The position numbers were made by a program, and so were the translations under genes. A stretch of 64,000 nt of DNA from Candidatus Latescibacterota bacterium (GTDB lineage: Bacteria; Latescibacterota; UBA2968; GCA-2709665): assembly GCA_965219995.1 (NCBI GenBank), contig CBDCOX010000002.1, positions 5,152,001-5,216,000 of the forward strand. The letters run 5' to 3'. Positions 58,991-64,000 of the stretch are shown in pieces; within the stretch, counting starts at the first letter, position 1; every line of letters begins with the position of its first letter. The notes beneath the pieces were generated by a model. That model was not told the DNA's origin and did not search any database. It worked only from the letters and a program-made list of their open reading frames with translations.

Positions 58991-60943
58991 ATGAGAGCAG
59001 CCTTTCCCACCGCCTGCCTGCTGCTCGCCGCCGCGGGCAGCGCCGACGAACCGGGCACGATGATCGAGTGGCCCCATGTCGGCGCCGATCAGGCGCACAC
59101 CAAGTACTCCGCCGCCGCCGACATCCGCGTCGCGAACGTCGGGGAGCTCGGAATCGCCTGGCAATGGCAACCGAACGAGGCGCCGTTCCCGGAGTACGGC
59201 AGCAAGCCCGGCAGGTTCATGACGACGCCCATCATGGTCGACGATGTCCTGTACCTGTCGACCATGTATACCCGGGTGGTCGCTCTCGACGCGCAGACCG
59301 GCGCCGAACTGTGGGCTTTCGACCCCAAGGCATACGAGGGCGGGTCGTGGGGCGTCCGCCCCGCCGGGTTCGAGCACCGCGGCGTCGCCCACTGGCGCGA
59401 TGGGGACGACGCCCGCATCTTCCTCAACAGCCGGGACCGGCTGTACGCGGTCGATGCCGACACCGGCGAACTCGACACGGGCTTCGGCGACCGCGGCAGC
59501 GTGTTGCTGAGCGCAGGCCACGGCCGCTCGGTAAGCGCATCCGAGTTCGACCAGACCTCGCCGCCCGTGGTGTTCGAGGATCTGGTGATCGTCGGCAGCC
59601 GCATCCCGGACCAGGTCCAACGCAGATTCGACCCGCCGGGAACGGTGCAGGCCTTCGACGTGCGCACCGGAGAGCGCCGCTGGGTCTTCTTCACCGTGCC
59701 GCAGTCGAAGGACGACTACGGCGCCGACACCTGGAAGGACGAATCCTGGCGTTTCGCCGGCCATGCCAACGTCTGGGGCCTCATGTCGGTGGACGAGCGG
59801 CGCGGCCTGCTCTATGTGCCGACGAGTACGCCGAGCAGCGACTACTGGGGTGGGCGGCGGCTCGGCGCAAACCTGTTCGCGGACTCGCTGGTGTGCCTCG
59901 ATGCGCGCACCGGCAAGCGCCGGTGGCACTTCCAGGCCGTGCATCACGGCCTCTGGGACTACGACTTCGGCGCGCCGCCGAACCTGGTATCGATCACGGT
60001 CGACGGGCGCGAGATCGACGCCGTCGCCGAGGTGTCCAAGCAGGGCTTCACCTATGTGTTCGACCGTGTGACGGGCGAGCCGGTCTGGCCCATCGAGGAG
60101 CGGCCGGTGGACGTGGCGACCGACGTGCCGGGCGAAGTACCGCATCCGACGCAGCCGTTCCCGACCAGGCCGCCGCCGTTCAGCGGCCAGGGCGTCGCCC
60201 TGGAGGACGCCAACGACCTGACGCCGGAGATCCATGCGCTGGCGCTCGAGGAGATGCGGCAGTTCAGGTTGGGTCCGCTGTTCACGCCGCCCAGCCTGCG
60301 CGGAACGCTGCAGCGTCCCGGCACGGTCGGCGCCGCATCCTGGGGCGGCGCGGCGTTCGATCCCGAGACCCGGCTGCTCTTCGTGAGGACATCGGAGAGC
60401 GCCGATACCAACCAGGTCTGCGAGGATGCGGGCGAGAACCCGGAAGTCGATGTGCCCTACAGCAACGACTGTCCCCACGGCGCGACGCTCGTCATGTTCC
60501 GCGGCGCACCCGGATCGCGGGGCGCGGAGGCCCCGCCGCGCACACTCGGCCCGATACCGGTCATCAAGCCGCCCTACGCGCATCTGGTGGCGATCGACAT
60601 GGACGCGGGCGAGATCGCCTGGAAGGTGCCCTTCGGGGAAGGCAGCGCCGAGATCCGCGAGCACCCGCTGCTGCGCGGCGTCAAGCTGCCGGATCGGCTC
60701 GGCACGTTCGGCAGGGGCGGCCCGATGGCAACCGCGGGCGAACTCGTGTTCGTCGGCGGCGGCGATCCCTACCTGTACGCATTCGACCAGGCGACCGGCA
60801 CCGAGGTCTGGCGCGGCGCCACGCCGCAACCAACGGAAGGCAACCCCATCACCTACCGCACGCGATCCGGGCGACAGTTCGTCGTCATTGCCGCCGGTGC
60901 GGGAGAGGATGCGGTCCTGGTCGCCTTCGCGCGGCCCGAGTAG
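58991..60943 (+). CDS. PQQ-dependent dehydrogenase (glucose/quinate/shikimate-type family)
   Basis: WHFQAVHHGLWDYD, FDRVTGEPVWPIEERPV and GGAAFDPET motifs. Confidence 0.92.
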   Translation: MRAAFPTACLLLAAAGSADEPGTMIEWPHVGADQAHTKYSAAADIRVANVGELGIAWQWQPNEAPFPEYGSKPGRFMTTPIMVDDVLYLSTMYTRVVALDAQTGAELWAFDPKAYEGGSWGVRPAGFEHRGVAHWRDGDDARIFLNSRDRLYAVDADTGELDTGFGDRGSVLLSAGHGRSVSASEFDQTSPPVVFEDLVIVGSRIPDQVQRRFDPPGTVQAFDVRTGERRWVFFTVPQSKDDYGADTWKDESWRFAGHANVWGLMSVDERRGLLYVPTSTPSSDYWGGRRLGANLFADSLVCLDARTGKRRWHFQAVHHGLWDYDFGAPPNLVSITVDGREIDAVAEVSKQGFTYVFDRVTGEPVWPIEERPVDVATDVPGEVPHPTQPFPTRPPPFSGQGVALEDANDLTPEIHALALEEMRQFRLGPLFTPPSLRGTLQRPGTVGAASWGGAAFDPETRLLFVRTSESADTNQVCEDAGENPEVDVPYSNDCPHGATLVMFRGAPGSRGAEAPPRTLGPIPVIKPPYAHLVAIDMDAGEIAWKVPFGEGSAEIREHPLLRGVKLPDRLGTFGRGGPMATAGELVFVGGGDPYLYAFDQATGTEVWRGATPQPTEGNPITYRTRSGRQFVVIAAGAGEDAVLVAFARPE

Positions 60944-61006
60944 CCGCGGCTGCGTGGTTCGGGCGCCGCCCGTCGCCATCGTACCGGCCGGCGCGCTCCG
61001 GAAGGG

Positions 61007-62704
61007 TCACTCGACGCGCACGGAAACCACGTCCAGGTCGTGGTATTGCCGATGGTCCAGAGACGACGCGTAATGCAGCAGCAGCCTGAGGGACGCCTCG
61101 GACTCGCGCGGCAGGTCGGCCACGTCGATCACCGACGCCAGGTCCTCGAGATTCTGGTTGCCAACGCTCGCGAGGAACTCCAGCGTGAGCGCCTTGCCGT
61201 CCGCCTGCGCCACCACGAGCAGGCGGCGCTCGGCCCCGTTCTGCATGAGTGTGTGCAACGTCTCCTCGCCGACGGCGCGCAAGCGATGGGTCGTCTCTTC
61301 ACTGGCATCGACGCCGGCGGCGAATCCGGTCAGGAATCGGTCCACCGCCGCAACCGCCTCGTCGTCCAGCGCGACGCGCAGACGGCGCGGCCGGCGCCGG
61401 GTGACGCTGAGCATGACCGACAGCAGCACCACGGTCAGGCCGCCGGCGGTCATGCCGTTGCCGAGCAGGTCGCCGACAAAGCCCGTCATGTACTCGGGAA
61501 CAATCAGATCGAACTGGCAGGCGAGGCCGACCCAGAACCCCAGTCCGACGATCAGGCTCTTGCGGTAGTCGAGCCCTTCGGCGACCAGGATCCTGATCCC
61601 GAACATGCCCAGTAGCGCAATGACGACCACGAGGTAGGCGGCGGCCACCGGCCCCGGAATCGCCACGACCACCGCAAGCAGCTTGGGCAGGAAGGCAAGT
61701 GCGACGAAGATGGCACCCACCCAGACACCCACCGAGCGGGCGGCGACGCCGGTGACTTCGGCGATCGCGATACTGCTGCCGTAGGTGGTGTTGGGCACCG
61801 TCCCGGCGCATCCGGAGAGCAGGTTGCCCACGCCATCCGCGTTGATCGCCCCCTGCACGGCCCGGAAGTCGATGGCGCGAGGCGTGCGCCAGGATGCCCG
61901 CTGAATGGCGATGCTGTCCCCGAGCGTGTCCATGGCGCCCACCAGGGTGATCATCACGAACCCGGGGAGCAGCGCCCAGAACATGACGCCGAAGCCGAGG
62001 TCGAGCCCCGGCCAGCCGCTCGGGTCGGGCAAACCGATCCATGCCGCATCGACGATCCGGTCCACGTCGTAGATGCCGAACCAATGGCCCACCAGGCAGC
62101 CCACGACGAGTCCGATACCGAGGGACCAGAGCCGCAACGCGCCGTCGAAGCGCAGCGCCAGGAACACGATGGTCAGCAAGGCCACCCCGGCCGTTATCGG
62201 GCCGGCGGCCGGATCGGCATGTTCGGGAACCTCCGCCATCTTGCGCAGGATCAGCGGCGCGAGGCTGACCGGGATGAGCAACAGCACGGTCCCCGCCACC
62301 GTCGGGGTGAACACTTTCCGCAATGCCGCCATCTTCCAGCCCAGGCCGAACTGCACCAGCGAGGACAGCAGGATCAGGGTCGCCAGCAGGGCCGGGCCAC
62401 CCGCCTCGAGGGCGCCCACGCAGACGGGCAGATAGGCGGGGGTGCTGCCCATCACCAGGATGTAGCCGGCGCCGACGCGGCCAATGCGCAAGCCCTGCAC
62501 GATCGTCGCGACGCCGCTTACCGCCACCGCGGCGAACACCGCCCAGGCCAGGTATTCCTCCGAGCCTCCGCCGAGCGTCACCAGAACCACCGGGGGAAGC
62601 ACGACGGAGGTAATCGCAAGCGTTGCGAACTGGGCAGCTATACCAAAGGACAAGGCGGGCGACGCGCGTTCGTCCGCTTCGAACCGCGGGCCGTCGCTAC
62701 TCAC
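61007..62704 (-). CDS. NCS2 (xanthine/uracil permease) family transporter with C-terminal soluble extension
   Basis: INADGVGNLLSGCAGTVPNTTYG.SIA (NAT-motif region), many TM helices and a ~130-aa soluble tail. Confidence 0.85.
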   Translation of the reverse strand: MSSDGPRFEADERASPALSFGIAAQFATLAITSVVLPPVVLVTLGGGSEEYLAWAVFAAVAVSGVATIVQGLRIGRVGAGYILVMGSTPAYLPVCVGALEAGGPALLATLILLSSLVQFGLGWKMAALRKVFTPTVAGTVLLLIPVSLAPLILRKMAEVPEHADPAAGPITAGVALLTIVFLALRFDGALRLWSLGIGLVVGCLVGHWFGIYDVDRIVDAAWIGLPDPSGWPGLDLGFGVMFWALLPGFVMITLVGAMDTLGDSIAIQRASWRTPRAIDFRAVQGAINADGVGNLLSGCAGTVPNTTYGSSIAIAEVTGVAARSVGVWVGAIFVALAFLPKLLAVVVAIPGPVAAAYLVVVIALLGMFGIRILVAEGLDYRKSLIVGLGFWVGLACQFDLIVPEYMTGFVGDLLGNGMTAGGLTVVLLSVMLSVTRRRPRRLRVALDDEAVAAVDRFLTGFAAGVDASEETTHRLRAVGEETLHTLMQNGAERRLLVVAQADGKALTLEFLASVGNQNLEDLASVIDVADLPRESEASLRLLLHYASSLDHRQYHDLDVVSVRVE

Positions 62705-62776
62705 TCGAAACGCTCGACCGGCCCGGCCTTCAACGAGGCCAGCCCGCGCACGGGACGCCGTCCATCAGGCCCCGGC

Positions 62777-63847
62777 CTAGCGTTGCAACCGCGGCAGCAC
62801 GTGTTCGGCGAAGCGGGCCCCGGCGGCCCGCGCCTCCGCGGACGTGTCGACGAAGTCCGGCCCGATGACGCCGAACTTCACCACGCCCAGCTCCGCAAGG
62901 TGCGCCAACTGCTCGGCGCAGTGGCCGGCCGGCCCCACGATGGCGTAGCGGTCCATGAAATCGTCCGTCAGTGCCGTCGTCTGGCGACCGCCCTGGTGGC
63001 CGTGCGCGTTCATGTCGTAGCGTTCGTGGAGCCCGCGAAACACCTCGAGCTGGCGCTCGTCGGCCGGGCCGGCCACTTCCCCGTACATCGCCGAGAAGCG
63101 CGCGAACAGACCCGTCGGCCCACGGCCAAGCTCGCGCCCCGCGGCGGTATCCTCGTCGCAGACCACATTGACGTAGGCACCGAAGCTGAGCGTGGCCGGA
63201 TCGCGGCCGGCCGCACCGGCAGCCTCGCGGGCAACGTCCATGCCCCACGCGATGCGCTTCGGATCGGCGCCCACGGCGAGCATCACTCGGTCGGCGTGGC
63301 GGGCCGCAATGCCGATGACCCGCGGCCCGGTGGCGGCGACCTCCACGGGAACCTTGGCGGCGTCGTCGGGGGCCCAGCGAATGGCGCTCGCCTCCGGCGT
63401 GTTCGCAAGGGCCAGTCGCTCCGCGGGCGGCGCCGCCTCGTCGGGGATTCCGAATCCATCGAACGGCACTCCGGAACCGGAGAGATAAGCTTGCAATTGC
63501 TCCAGGTAGGTCTCGAACCAACGCAACCGGGCCGGCGCACGGCCGAGGTGCGCCAACGCGCTGTCGCCACGACCCAGGCCCAGCACCATGCGTCCCCCGG
63601 AAAGGCGCTGCAGCGCAAACGCGGACGAGGCCGTCACGGCGGGATGTCTGGTGACCGGGTTGGTTACGGATGTCGCCAACCGCAGCGTGGTGGTGTTGAC
63701 GGCGGCAAGCCCGATAAAGACGTACGGATCGCCCGTCAGGCTCTGCGAGTCTCCCACGCCAATGCCGTCCCAGCCAGCCGCCTCGGTGCGCTTGGCAAAA
63801 TCGGCGCTCTTGGTCGGCTCCGCTACCGTCCAGGTCCAGAACTCCAT
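62777..63847 (-). CDS. LLM-class flavin/F420-dependent oxidoreductase
   Basis: GDSQSLTGDPY, TSVTNPVTRHP, LSGGRMVLGLGRGD and VAATGPR motifs. Confidence 0.9.
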   Translation of the reverse strand: MEFWTWTVAEPTKSADFAKRTEAAGWDGIGVGDSQSLTGDPYVFIGLAAVNTTTLRLATSVTNPVTRHPAVTASSAFALQRLSGGRMVLGLGRGDSALAHLGRAPARLRWFETYLEQLQAYLSGSGVPFDGFGIPDEAAPPAERLALANTPEASAIRWAPDDAAKVPVEVAATGPRVIGIAARHADRVMLAVGADPKRIAWGMDVAREAAGAAGRDPATLSFGAYVNVVCDEDTAAGRELGRGPTGLFARFSAMYGEVAGPADERQLEVFRGLHERYDMNAHGHQGGRQTTALTDDFMDRYAIVGPAGHCAEQLAHLAELGVVKFGVIGPDFVDTSAEARAAGARFAEHVLPRLQR

Positions 63848-63938
63848 GCGCGTACCCTTCCGCCGGAACCGAGCTACTAGAGCACAGATCGTCGCCACGC
63901 GCGAGCGCGGCTCGCCTCGGAACCGCCGGCAGCCGCCG

Positions 63939-64000
63939 TCACGCGAACAGGTACCGATACAGCTTCAGCGCGAGCGGCGCCTCGTGTTCCTCGAGCCACC
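63939..64000 (-). CDS. 3' end of an unidentified gene continuing beyond the window
   Basis: Reads ...WLEEHEAPLALKLYRYLFA-stop with GC-rich third positions. Confidence 0.4.
   Translation of the reverse strand, partial: WLEEHEAPLALKLYRYLFA

Overview
GC-rich bacterial window, probably from a long-read assembly, since four single-base homopolymer frameshifts break otherwise intact genes. The gene repertoire suggests a Gram-negative heterotroph, possibly a marine-invertebrate-associated proteobacterium; that assignment is inference only. Most of the window is accessory catabolism: acyl-CoA dehydrogenases, SDRs, amidohydrolases, 2OG dioxygenases, PNPOx/F420-type flavoenzymes, three PQQ dehydrogenases, a sulfatase, aminotransferases, ald-lrp-alr and a TPP E1 alpha/beta pair. 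It also carries several PIN toxin-antitoxin modules and gene remnants. Highlights: (1) a translationally coupled five-gene operon (hypothetical, two BrxD/DUF2791-like ATPases of which one is degenerate, an HsdR-N/SeqA-like protein, a SNF2 helicase) that looks like an uncharacterised defence system; (2) a (GCCGA)34 repeat that puts a strong-RBS start out of frame with a 1507-aa surface protein, a likely phase-variation switch; (3) a hidden selenoprotein (in-frame UGA, UPPC motif, SECIS-like hairpin); (4) a 63-64 bp double-hairpin element present twice, once in frame inside a signal peptide; (5) a 267-bp TA-flanked MITE; (6) an ABC-ATPase/TOPRIM pair. No rRNA, tRNA or CRISPR array was seen.
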